Shown here: positions 17,888-26,141 of the stretch, one piece after another
Numbering within the stretch: position 1 is the first letter of the stretch
Layout of the letters: each line of letters begins with the position of its first letter
Source: Actinomycetota bacterium
GTDB lineage: Bacteria > Actinomycetota > Thermoleophilia > RBG-16-64-13
Assembly: GCA_018830645.1 (NCBI GenBank)
Contig: JAHJSA010000037.1
Location: forward strand, 1-54,084
Length of the DNA: 54,084 bases
Direction: 5' to 3'
Program-made: the position numbers and the translations under genes
Notes under the pieces: model-generated
Seen by the model: only the letters and a program-made list of their open reading frames with translations
Told to the model about the DNA's origin: nothing
The model's database searches: none

Positions 17888-18820
17888 GTGCAGGTGATCA
17901 CGACGAAGGCGGAGATGCGCCGCCTCGTGCGGACGGCGCGCGCCTACCGCTCGGCACAGGAGGCTTCCCGCGCGACGCACGCTTCGGGAGCGGGGGGTTC
18001 GTCTCGGGCGGACGGTGTCGAGCCGGGTCCGGCTGTCGTTGGGTTGGTTCCCACCATGGGCTTTCTGCACGAGGGGCATCTCTCGTTGGCCCGTCGGGCC
18101 CGGTCGGAGTGTGACCTCGTCGTCATGTCGGTCTTCGTCAACCCCACCCAGTTCGGCCCCGAGGAAGACCTCGAGAGCTACCCGCGCGACCTCGGGCGCG
18201 ACGTGGCGGTGGCCGAGGAAGCCGGGGTCGACGTGGTCTTCCATCCGTCGGCTGCCGAGATGTACGCGCCCGGGCACGCGACGTGGGTCGATGTGGAGGG
18301 GCTCACGGAGCATCTCTGTGGGGCGAGCCGTCCGGGGCACTTCCGCGGAGTCACCACAGTGGTCTCCAAGCTCTTCGCGGTGTGTGAGCCCGATCGCGCC
18401 TATTTCGGGAGCAAGGACGCTCAGCAGGCTCTCGTCATCCGCCGCATGGCACGCGACCTCGATCAGGCGGTCGAGGTGATCGTGTGCCCTACGATGCGGG
18501 AGTCCGACGGCTTGGCTATGAGTTCTCGCAACGCCTATCTCACGCCTGCGGAGCGCGCCCAGGCACCCGTTCTGCGCCGGGCCCTCGTCGAGGCAGAAGT
18601 GTCGATCAGCGGAGGGGAGCGCGACCCGCGGGTGGTGGTGGCGGCCGTCGTCGGCAGGCTGGCCGAAGCGCCGTCGGCGTCGGTGGACTACGTCGAGGTG
18701 GTCTCCACGACCGACCTCCGGCCCACTGATCGAATAGACGGTGAAGTGCTCGTGGCCGCCGCCATCCGGCTCGGCGCTACCCGGCTCATCGACAACGTGG
18801 TGGTGTCACCGCCCGGCTGA
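17888..18820 (+). CDS. panC: Pantoate--beta-alanine ligase
   Basis: Motifs PTMGFLHEGHLSL (HIGH-type), QFGPEEDL and FRGVTTVV. It has an N-terminal extension of about 45 aa. Confidence 0.9.
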   Translation: MQVITTKAEMRRLVRTARAYRSAQEASRATHASGAGGSSRADGVEPGPAVVGLVPTMGFLHEGHLSLARRARSECDLVVMSVFVNPTQFGPEEDLESYPRDLGRDVAVAEEAGVDVVFHPSAAEMYAPGHATWVDVEGLTEHLCGASRPGHFRGVTTVVSKLFAVCEPDRAYFGSKDAQQALVIRRMARDLDQAVEVIVCPTMRESDGLAMSSRNAYLTPAERAQAPVLRRALVEAEVSISGGERDPRVVVAAVVGRLAEAPSASVDYVEVVSTTDLRPTDRIDGEVLVAAAIRLGATRLIDNVVVSPPG

Positions 18821-18850
18821 CCGGGGTCTCGTGCGTCACAGCTCCGCGAC

Positions 18851-18940
18851 AGAAGAGCCGGCGCCCCCTTGGTGAGAGGAGCGGCGCCCTTTGGCGAGAA
18901 GAGCGGCGCCCCTTCGGGGAGAGGGCCGGCGCCTCCTACT
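18851..18940. repeat. Four imperfect tandem repeats of about 23 bp (core AGCGGCGCCCCTTnGGnGAGAGG) in the convergent panC / hps-rraA intergenic region
   Basis: Read directly. The units contain GGCGCC palindromic cores and could form a series of stem-loops between the two convergent genes. Confidence 0.5.
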
Positions 18941-20243
18941 TCTTCTCCCACTTGAGTAGGTAGGCCACCTGGCTGAGCGTGCTGCCCTGGCGGATCTCCT
19001 CGCGCAATCGGTTCTCCTTCTCGAGCACGTCCATCGCCCGGTTGGTGTACTCCACCGCCTTCTCGCGCGGGATCACGCAGACTCCGTCGTCGTCGCCGAT
19101 GATCCAGTCGCCCGGGGCGATGGTGACGCCGGCGATGCGGATGGGCACGCCGATCTCTCCGAAACCCTTGGGTTCGCCGGCGGTGGGAGTGACATGGGTT
19201 GTGAAGAGGGGGAAGCCGAGTTCACGGATGTCCCCGGTGTCGCGTGCCGCGCCGTGGATCACGACGCCTGCCAGGCGGCGCTGGATGGCGGAGTTCGTCG
19301 CCAGTTCGCCCCAGACCGCCGGAAGTACGCCGCCTGCGTCGATCACCAGCACGTCACCCTCGTTCGCGACGTCGATCGCTTCTACCGGCTTCGCCCAATC
19401 GCCGGGGTAGGTGCGCACGGTTACCGCGGGGCCCACCATCCGCGCCCCCGGAGTGCGGGCCACCAGGCCGGGCAGATCGCCGGAACGGTGCAGCGCGTCG
19501 CTCACGTTGGCCGCGGATACGCGGGAGAGGGTGTCACGCAGGTCAGGGCCCGAGGCGCGCACGAAGTACTCCGACTCCACCGAGACCAGGTACTGCAACG
19601 CATGCTTGATCTGGCGGGTCGCCTCCGTCGCGTCTGTGGCCTTGGTGATCGCTCCGCCCACCACGACGATCGAGGCGCCGGCCCTGAGGGCCTCGGCCGC
19701 GGTGACGGAATTGATGCCGCCGGCCACCGACACCGGTATCGATACAGCCTCCGCCACCTTGCGGAGCGTGTCGAAGGGGGTCTTCCCTTCCATCTGCTCG
19801 TCGATGGCCACGTGTATGCCGATGTACGCGGCGCCCATGGCCTCAGCCTCGCGCGCCCGCTGCACGGGGTCGGCCACCTGCACCATGTCGACGATGATCT
19901 CGGCTCCATAGTTGCGCCCGGCCTCGACGCACTCGCGGATCGTGGCATCGGAGGCGGCTCCCAAGACGCCCACCACCTGCGCGCCCGCCTTTGCGGCGAA
20001 CTCGACTTCGGCCCGCCCGGCGTCCATGGTCTTCATGTCCGCGACGATGGTCTTCTCGGGCCAACGGGCTCGTAGTGCGCGCACCGCCTCCAAACCTTCG
20101 CTCTTGATGAGGGGAGTGCCCGCCTCGAGCCAGTCGGCTCCTCCGAGAACCGCCTCCTCTGCCACCTTCAGCGCACGGGGCAGGTCGACGAAGTCGAGGG
20201 CGATCTGGAGCTTCGGGCCGGGTGTTCTGCGATCGGCACTCAT
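18936..20243 (-). CDS. Bifunctional fusion: 3-hexulose-6-phosphate synthase-like (OMPDC-fold) N-domain plus RraA-like / class II aldolase-family C-domain
   Basis: N-terminal KLQIALDFVDL...IVADMKTMDAG...VGIHVA is HPS/KGPDC-like. The C-terminal about 200 aa (SRVSAANVSDALHRSGDLPG...GDVLVID...VIHGAARD) is RraA/MenG-like. It is one continuous frame. Confidence 0.8.
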   Translation of the reverse strand: MSADRRTPGPKLQIALDFVDLPRALKVAEEAVLGGADWLEAGTPLIKSEGLEAVRALRARWPEKTIVADMKTMDAGRAEVEFAAKAGAQVVGVLGAASDATIRECVEAGRNYGAEIIVDMVQVADPVQRAREAEAMGAAYIGIHVAIDEQMEGKTPFDTLRKVAEAVSIPVSVAGGINSVTAAEALRAGASIVVVGGAITKATDATEATRQIKHALQYLVSVESEYFVRASGPDLRDTLSRVSAANVSDALHRSGDLPGLVARTPGARMVGPAVTVRTYPGDWAKPVEAIDVANEGDVLVIDAGGVLPAVWGELATNSAIQRRLAGVVIHGAARDTGDIRELGFPLFTTHVTPTAGEPKGFGEIGVPIRIAGVTIAPGDWIIGDDDGVCVIPREKAVEYTNRAMDVLEKENRLREEIRQGSTLSQVAYLLKWEKK

Positions 20244-21781
20244 TCTGTGACTCCCATGAACTGGGCAACGAGTCGCCTGTCGCGGGGCCGGCTGTCGAAG
20301 CAGACGAACACGACCTCCTGCCAGGTACCGAGAGTCAGGCGACCCTCGGTGAAGGGGATGACGAGCGAGGGACCGAGGAGACCGGCCCTCACGTGAGAGT
20401 GGCCGTTCCCGTCGGCGAGAAGTAGGTTGTGGCGGTAGGGGTCGTTAGCCGGCACGATGCGGGCGAACAGCTGCTGGAAGTCGTGCACCACGCCGGGCTC
20501 GAACTCCAGGGTGGTGACCGCGCCGGTAGCTCCCGGCGCGAAGACCGTCACCGTGCCGGCGGTGAGGCCGCTCTCCCGCAGGAGGTGGTTGAGCTGTTGG
20601 GTGATGTCGATGACGTCACCCTCACCTTGGGTCGAGAAGGCGATGGTGCGGGTGAGCACGGTCAGGTCGCCCGTCACCGCTTGGCGGGCTCGCTCTGTCG
20701 TCACGGTCATGATGTTCTCCAGTCTGTCGAGGAGCGGCTCGGGCAGGTCGCCGCGACGGCGAACGAGGTCGAGGGTCGCGACGCCGAGTGTCGTGTAGAG
20801 GGGCAGCAGGTCGGGGGTACGTTCTTCGAGGGCGAGCAGGTGACGTTCTACGGTCTCGACATCGCCGCGCGCAAGGGGGCCGGTGAGAGCCGAGAGCGTG
20901 CCGCCGGCTGCGATGTTGTCCACCGCCCCGCGGACCAGTGGGAGGAAGGCATCGAGCACCTGCTCCTGAGGCAGTCCGCTCTCGAGGAACAGGCGTTCGG
21001 CGACGGCCTCGAGGGCGACCAGGTAGTTGCTCGCCACCACTGCCGCCGCATGGTACAGAGCCCGGTCGCGCTCGGCCAGCCGGAAAGGCCGCGCGCCGAG
21101 TGCGCGGGCCAGACGGAACGCGAAGGCAGACGCCTGCTCGGCGGAAGCGGGATCCTGTGAGCCGGGCGTCACCGCGATGGCGGCACCACGCAGCCGCTCG
21201 GGTCCGAGGGCGGGGTCACTCAGAGTCTGCAGAGGGTGGAACGAGAACGTCAGAGCGCCCGCGGCGGCGCACGGAGCGAGTACGTCGGTGGAGGTGGCCC
21301 CGCTCACGTGGGCGACCGCCCACTGGGGTCCATCGTCAGCCGACTCTCGCACGGCGGCGGCCAGGGCTGCGGCAACCGAAGGCAGCTCCGCGTCGGGCAC
21401 CGTGAGGAGGAACAGCGGGGAAGGAGGGGGCTCCGCGGGGGATGCTGCCGCCGTGGGCGGCTGGGGCGGCGTCGCGGGAACGACGCTGTCTCTCGCCGGC
21501 ACCTTGGCGCGCTCGTCACGGCCGCCGGAGCGCATCTCCGCGACCAGTTCCGACAGCGTATGAGAGGAAGGAACGCCAAGGAGTCCCGCGGCACGGTTGC
21601 GTCCGGCTTCGGATCGTCCGGTGTGTCCCACGAGTCGGGCGCCGCCCGCGGCCAGAGCAAGCGCGATCGAGACGCCGGCCCGTCCGGCTCCGATCACCGC
21701 GAAGCGAACGTCGTCGAGGCGGGCGGGGTCGCGCCGCGCCGGCGCGCTCAGGTCGTCGAGCGAGAGTGCGCGCTGGTGCAC
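20240..21781 (-). CDS. Fusion protein: Rossmann-like DUF2520 domain (putative NAD(P)-dependent reductase often linked to panC) plus C-terminal YjbQ/UPF0047 domain. Start uncertain: GTG at 21781.
   Basis: The Rossmann motif RFAVIGAGRAGVSIALAL and the DUF2520-like body run in the same frame, with no stop, into a YjbQ-like module (MTVTTERA...TVFAPGATGAVTTLEFEPGVVHDF...GTWQEVVFVCFDS). The ORF-track N-terminus (to 22489) overlaps pspC and looks like non-coding frame. Confidence 0.7.
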   Translation of the reverse strand: MHQRALSLDDLSAPARRDPARLDDVRFAVIGAGRAGVSIALALAAGGARLVGHTGRSEAGRNRAAGLLGVPSSHTLSELVAEMRSGGRDERAKVPARDSVVPATPPQPPTAAASPAEPPPSPLFLLTVPDAELPSVAAALAAAVRESADDGPQWAVAHVSGATSTDVLAPCAAAGALTFSFHPLQTLSDPALGPERLRGAAIAVTPGSQDPASAEQASAFAFRLARALGARPFRLAERDRALYHAAAVVASNYLVALEAVAERLFLESGLPQEQVLDAFLPLVRGAVDNIAAGGTLSALTGPLARGDVETVERHLLALEERTPDLLPLYTTLGVATLDLVRRRGDLPEPLLDRLENIMTVTTERARQAVTGDLTVLTRTIAFSTQGEGDVIDITQQLNHLLRESGLTAGTVTVFAPGATGAVTTLEFEPGVVHDFQQLFARIVPANDPYRHNLLLADGNGHSHVRAGLLGPSLVIPFTEGRLTLGTWQEVVFVCFDSRPRDRRLVAQFMGVTE

Positions 21782-22178
21782 AGCTGCGCCAGGGGCGGCT
21801 TGGATGTCCCGCGATGGGGGCGAAGATGAGTCGATAATGTGACCTTCCGTTCCAGTTCTGCGTTCAGATACCAGACATCGGTCGAGCTGTGCGGTTGACG
21901 TACCCGTCCTGGGTGCGGAGCCGTAGCCATGCGGTACACCTCTGGAAGGTAGGCGTCCTGGTTGTGACCCATCACGAGGATAGCAGGCAGGAGAGAGCTG
22001 TTCAAAGGGCGGGGCGTTCCAGCGGCGCCCGGGTCGGCGGCGCACGGCACCTTGGTCGGCAGCACGCGGCGCTCGGCTCGGGAACATCCACCCCTGTGGA
22101 TACGTATCTTGAAGATGAGGGGACGATACTCGAAGTCCGTGATGGGGCTCGGGCCGTGCCGACGTTGATGAGGAGGAT

Positions 22179-22391
22179 ATGATGGCCAGGAAGCTCACGA
22201 GGTCGCGTGACGAGAAGATGATCTGCGGGGTTGCCGCAGGCCTGGCTGAGTACTTCGACATCGATGCGACGATCATGCGGCTGATCTGGGTGGTCGCCGT
22301 GCTCATGCCCGGGCCGAACCTGATCATCATCGCGGCGTATCTGGTACTCTGCCTACTCATGCCGCTCAAGACCGCGAACGGCGCGTCCTGA
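22179..22391 (+). CDS. PspC-domain protein (phage-shock protein C family), 70 aa
   Basis: RSRDEKMICGVAAGLAEYFDIDATIMRLIWVV followed by a TM helix, the canonical PspC domain. A strong GAGGAGG Shine-Dalgarno precedes it. Confidence 0.7.
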   Translation: MMARKLTRSRDEKMICGVAAGLAEYFDIDATIMRLIWVVAVLMPGPNLIIIAAYLVLCLLMPLKTANGAS

Positions 22392-22449
22392 TCCGACCTG
22401 ACCGACGTTCGAGTGTGATCGGGGCGGCCGTTGGGTCGGAGGTCTCCCC

Positions 22450-23190
22450 ATGCCGAGTCGTGAAGAGCGGGCTTCGAGCCTGAACGCACAGCAGGTGGCG
22501 CTACGCGATTGCACCGCCTGCTCCCTTTCCCTGAAGCGCACCCAGGTGGTCTTCGGCGTCGGCGACGCCGCGGCTGAGATCATGTTCGTGGGAGAGGGCC
22601 CGGGGTTCCACGAAGACAAGCAGGGCGAGCCATTCGTGGGTCAGGCCGGGAAGCTGCTCTCGGAACTCCTCGCGACCATCGGACTCCGCCGCGAAGACGT
22701 GTACATAGCCAATGTGGTGAAGTGCCGACCGCCTGACAACCGCGATCCCCTTGCGAGTGAGATCGAGGCCTGCTCTCCCAACCTCCTCGAGCAGGTGCGC
22801 ACGATCCGGCCGCGGGTGATCTGTACGCTGGGCCGATTCGCCACGAGGTTGATAGGAGAGACCGATGCGCCCATCTCCTCGGTGCGTGGGCGCGCCAAGT
22901 CCATGGAGGTGGCGGGGGTCCCCGTGATGGTGTTCCCGGTGTTCCATCCGGCGGCGGCGCTCTACACCCCCTCGAACCGCGCCCTTCTCGAAGAGGATCT
23001 TCGCAAGTTGAAGCTCCTTCTTGACCGCGATAGAAAGGCGTTGACTTCTCAGGAGGACGAATACGTCGCCGAGGTGGCGGCGGTCCCGGACGAGCACGTC
23101 GCAAAGGCGGAGATCACGGTGGCATCGGGTACCGTGGGCGACGACGGGCGATCCGGCGGAGAGCGCGCCGAGCAGCTGCCTCTGTGGTGA
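22450..23190 (+). CDS. Uracil-DNA glycosylase, family 4 (Fe-S type)
   Basis: Motifs CTACSL, GEGPG and HP... with cysteine ligands typical of family-4 UDG. Confidence 0.85.
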   Translation: MPSREERASSLNAQQVALRDCTACSLSLKRTQVVFGVGDAAAEIMFVGEGPGFHEDKQGEPFVGQAGKLLSELLATIGLRREDVYIANVVKCRPPDNRDPLASEIEACSPNLLEQVRTIRPRVICTLGRFATRLIGETDAPISSVRGRAKSMEVAGVPVMVFPVFHPAAALYTPSNRALLEEDLRKLKLLLDRDRKALTSQEDEYVAEVAAVPDEHVAKAEITVASGTVGDDGRSGGERAEQLPLW

Positions 23191-23201
23191 GGGAGTCGGC
23201 C

Positions 23202-23777
23202 ATGCCGATGCGAAAAGGAGTGACGGGCGCGGGTGGCGGCGCGGGTGGCGGCGCGGGTGCGGGAGGTGGTGGGGGAGCCGGCTCGGGCGGCCGTGGAGAA
23301 GTCAGCGGAGGCGGAGGCTTTGTCGTAGTGGGCTGCAGGCCGGCAGACCTCCCGCGGTTGGCTACCATAGCATCCCGCCTTGCACGGTCGTTGGTGCCGG
23401 GGGATCTCGTCCTTCTGGAGGGTCCGCTGGGCGCGGGAAAGACCGCATTCGTGCGCCTCGTCGCGGAGGCGCTCGGTGTCTCCCACGGGGTGCGCAGTCC
23501 TTCGTTCACGATTGCCAACATCTACCAGGGGCGCGTGACGGTGAACCACCTGGACCTCTATCGTCTGGACGGCGAGGAAGACGAGGACGTCTTTGCCCTC
23601 GAGGAGTACCTGACCCCGGACGCGATCACGCTCGTCGAGTGGCCGGAGAGGGCCCTCCATCGGCTGATCGCCCCTGAGTGGATCGTCCGCATGGACCACG
23701 ATACGCCCGACACTCGGCTGGTCGCCATCGAGGGTCGTGACGCGGTCGTAGCCGCGCGCTGGGATGCCGCGGAGTGA
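23202..23777 (+). CDS. tsaE: tRNA threonylcarbamoyladenosine biosynthesis protein TsaE (YjeE), with a Gly-rich N-terminal extension
   Basis: Walker A GPLGAGKT, and TsaE blocks SPSFTIANIY and HLDLYRL. The start was chosen at ATG 23202 after a GAGGGAG Shine-Dalgarno; a GTG at 23184 would overlap udg. Confidence 0.85.
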   Translation: MPMRKGVTGAGGGAGGGAGAGGGGGAGSGGRGEVSGGGGFVVVGCRPADLPRLATIASRLARSLVPGDLVLLEGPLGAGKTAFVRLVAEALGVSHGVRSPSFTIANIYQGRVTVNHLDLYRLDGEEDEDVFALEEYLTPDAITLVEWPERALHRLIAPEWIVRMDHDTPDTRLVAIEGRDAVVAARWDAAE

Positions 23778-24637
23778 TCGTAGCCCTCGACACGTCGTCG
23801 ACCATGTGTAGCGTGGCGGTCATGCGGCGCTTGGACGATGGGTCGCATCGAGTCCTGGCGGTGCGCAACGAACTGTCGGGTGCCACTCAGACCAGGGTGC
23901 TCCTGGGTCTTGTCGACCAGACGCTCGCCGAGGTCGGGACCACTCCCGAACATGTGAGCGCCCTCTTCGTGGGGACCGGACCTGGCACCTTCACGGGGGT
24001 GCGCATCGGTGTGGCGACCGCACGGTCCCTCGCTCTTGCCCTCGATGTGCCGGTGTTCGGCCGGTGCAGCCTCCACGCTCTTGCGGCCGCCGCCCTCACG
24101 CGCGGTCGTGTGTCCGCGGAGGACACGGCTGTGGTGCCTGTGGTGGATGCCCGCCGGGGTCAGGTGTTCGCGGCGGTGTTCGTGCGGGCTGAGCGGCTTA
24201 GGGCGGACCGTGATCAGGCTACCGCGGGTGTCGACGAGACCACGGGTGTCGAAGAGACCGAGGGTCCCGTGCTCTTCGACGTGGACGGCTTCCCGTGGGT
24301 GCGGCTCGGCGACGTGTATGCCGCGGACCCCTCCGGGGTCGCGGAGTCGGTGGATCGACTGATCGGGACCGGGGCTGGTGTCGGACTCGGCGCTGGGGCC
24401 GGGCCGGTGTACCTCGGTCGCACCGATCTCCTTTCGGAGGTGCTGGGCCGCCGTGAACCGGGTGAGATCGAAGCCGCATTCCTGGTGGTCGGCCATGCCG
24501 CCGTCCTTCCCGACTTCGCGGCGTTCCGGGGAGCGCGGCCGGGGGATCCGGGGACTCCGGAGTCGGTTGCGCCGATCTACGTGCGGTCGCCCGACGCCGA
24601 CGTGCATATCGCCAAGATGCGCGACCCCTGGGCATGA
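23774..24637 (+). CDS. tsaB: tRNA threonylcarbamoyladenosine biosynthesis protein TsaB (YeaZ)
   Basis: N-terminal IVALDTSS and the ASKHA-fold TsaB layout. GTGA overlap with tsaE. Confidence 0.85.
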   Translation: MIVALDTSSTMCSVAVMRRLDDGSHRVLAVRNELSGATQTRVLLGLVDQTLAEVGTTPEHVSALFVGTGPGTFTGVRIGVATARSLALALDVPVFGRCSLHALAAAALTRGRVSAEDTAVVPVVDARRGQVFAAVFVRAERLRADRDQATAGVDETTGVEETEGPVLFDVDGFPWVRLGDVYAADPSGVAESVDRLIGTGAGVGLGAGAGPVYLGRTDLLSEVLGRREPGEIEAAFLVVGHAAVLPDFAAFRGARPGDPGTPESVAPIYVRSPDADVHIAKMRDPWA

Positions 24638-25107
24638 CTGAGCCGACGCTACACGTGGCGGAGGGCACGTACACGCTTCGCGACATGCGCGAATCCGACC
24701 TGCCACACGTGCTCGGCATCGAGCGTGCCAGCTTTCCCGTGCCCTGGACGGCGCAGATGTTCCGAGACGAGTTCGATCACGCCCGCTCGTGGAGGCGCGT
24801 GGTGGAAGACGAAACGGGCTCGGTGGTGGGCTTCCTCGTAGCCCGCTTCTACGGAGACAGCTGGCACATCATGGATCTCGTCATCACTTTTCGCCAACGG
24901 CGACGCGGGTTGGGTGGTCTTCTCCTAGACGATCTCCTACAGACGTTGCCCATCGACGCCACCTTGGTGCTCGAGGTGCGGAGGGGGAACGAGGCCGCCA
25001 TCGCTCTCTATTCGAGCCGCGGCTTCCGCACGGTGGGGGTGCGTCGCGGGTACTATCCGAACACCGGCGAGGATGCGCTCGTCATGATGCACGGGGCCGG
25101 GACGTGA
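24634..25107 (+). CDS. rimI: Ribosomal-protein-alanine N-acetyltransferase RimI (GNAT)
   Basis: GNAT motif RRRGLGGLLL. It sits in the tsaE-tsaB-rimI-tsaD position. ATGA overlap. Confidence 0.85.
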   Translation: MTEPTLHVAEGTYTLRDMRESDLPHVLGIERASFPVPWTAQMFRDEFDHARSWRRVVEDETGSVVGFLVARFYGDSWHIMDLVITFRQRRRGLGGLLLDDLLQTLPIDATLVLEVRRGNEAAIALYSSRGFRTVGVRRGYYPNTGEDALVMMHGAGT

Positions 25108-26141
25108 GCGGCGGCCGGGAGGAGCTGATCCTGGCCATCGAGACCTCGTGCGACGACACGGCGGCCGCCTTGATCACCGCATCGGGTGAGGTGCGGGCGT
25201 CGGTCTCGGCCTCCCAGGACGCTATCCACGAGCGCTACGGTGGCGTGGTGCCCGAGGTGGCGAGCAGGGCGCACGTGGAGAGGGCGACCGTGGTGGTGCG
25301 GGAGGCGTTGGCGGTTGCCGGAGTGAGTATCAAGGACGTTGGACGGGTTGCCGTGACCGTCGGGCCGGGACTCATCGGGGCGCTTCTCGTCGGCGTGCAC
25401 ACCGCCAAGGCCATCGCCTGGGCGCGCCGGCTGCCTCTGACCCCGGTGAACCACCTTCATGGTCATCTTGCGGCCGCGTGGCTGGCGGACCCGGCCGCGC
25501 CCTTCCCCATGGTGACTCTGGTGGCATCGGGCGGGCACACCCTCCTCGTGCGGGTGGATGACCGTGGCACCTTCACGCTGCTCGGCCAGACTCTCGACGA
25601 CGCGGCCGGCGAGGCCTTCGACAAGGGGGCACGTCTCCTCGGCCTCGGTTACCCCGGCGGTCGTGAACTCGACCTGCTTGCTGGGGAGGGCGACCCTCAT
25701 GCGTTCGAGTTCCCTGTGGGCTTGAAGCGTTCGGGTAATCTCGACTTCTCGTTCTCGGGCGTCAAGACCTCGCTGTTCTACCTGCTGCGCTCGTGGACGG
25801 CGGAGGAGCGTGTAGCGCGCGCGGCCGACGTGGCCGCCTCGTACCGGCGGGCGGTCGTGGAGGCCCTGGTGTCGAAGCTTCTAGCGGCGGCTGAGGCAGA
25901 AGGCGTGGCGGCGGTGGCGATCGCGGGGGGAGTCGCCGCCAACTCGCTACTCCGTCACCGCGTCGAACGGGAGGCCGCCGAACGCGGGCTCCACGCGGTT
26001 GTCCCGCCCCTGCGCTTCTGCACCGACAACGCCGCCATGATCGGCGTCGCCGCCTTGGCCGGGCCCGTGCTGCCCTTCCCCGACTACTTGGATCTGGAAG
26101 CCTCGGCCTCGCTGCCGATCGAGGCCACGCCGGGAGCGTAG
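25104..26141 (+). CDS. tsaD: tRNA N6-adenosine threonylcarbamoyltransferase TsaD (Kae1/YgjD)
   Basis: LILAIETSCDDTAAAL and VNHLHGHL metal-binding motifs. The GTG start forms a GTGA overlap with rimI; the ORF-track start at 24789 is upstream out-of-register extension. Confidence 0.9.
   Translation: MSGGREELILAIETSCDDTAAALITASGEVRASVSASQDAIHERYGGVVPEVASRAHVERATVVVREALAVAGVSIKDVGRVAVTVGPGLIGALLVGVHTAKAIAWARRLPLTPVNHLHGHLAAAWLADPAAPFPMVTLVASGGHTLLVRVDDRGTFTLLGQTLDDAAGEAFDKGARLLGLGYPGGRELDLLAGEGDPHAFEFPVGLKRSGNLDFSFSGVKTSLFYLLRSWTAEERVARAADVAASYRRAVVEALVSKLLAAAEAEGVAAVAIAGGVAANSLLRHRVEREAAERGLHAVVPPLRFCTDNAAMIGVAALAGPVLPFPDYLDLEASASLPIEATPGA

Noticed and set aside
21782-22489. N-terminal 236 codons of ORF 20240..22489 (would make a 749-aa protein)
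   Set aside because: This part is R/P/S-rich with no Rossmann or other motif. It overlaps the well-supported pspC gene on the other strand. The Rossmann motif of the DUF2520 protein begins only at residue about 262, so a GTG at 21781 was preferred.
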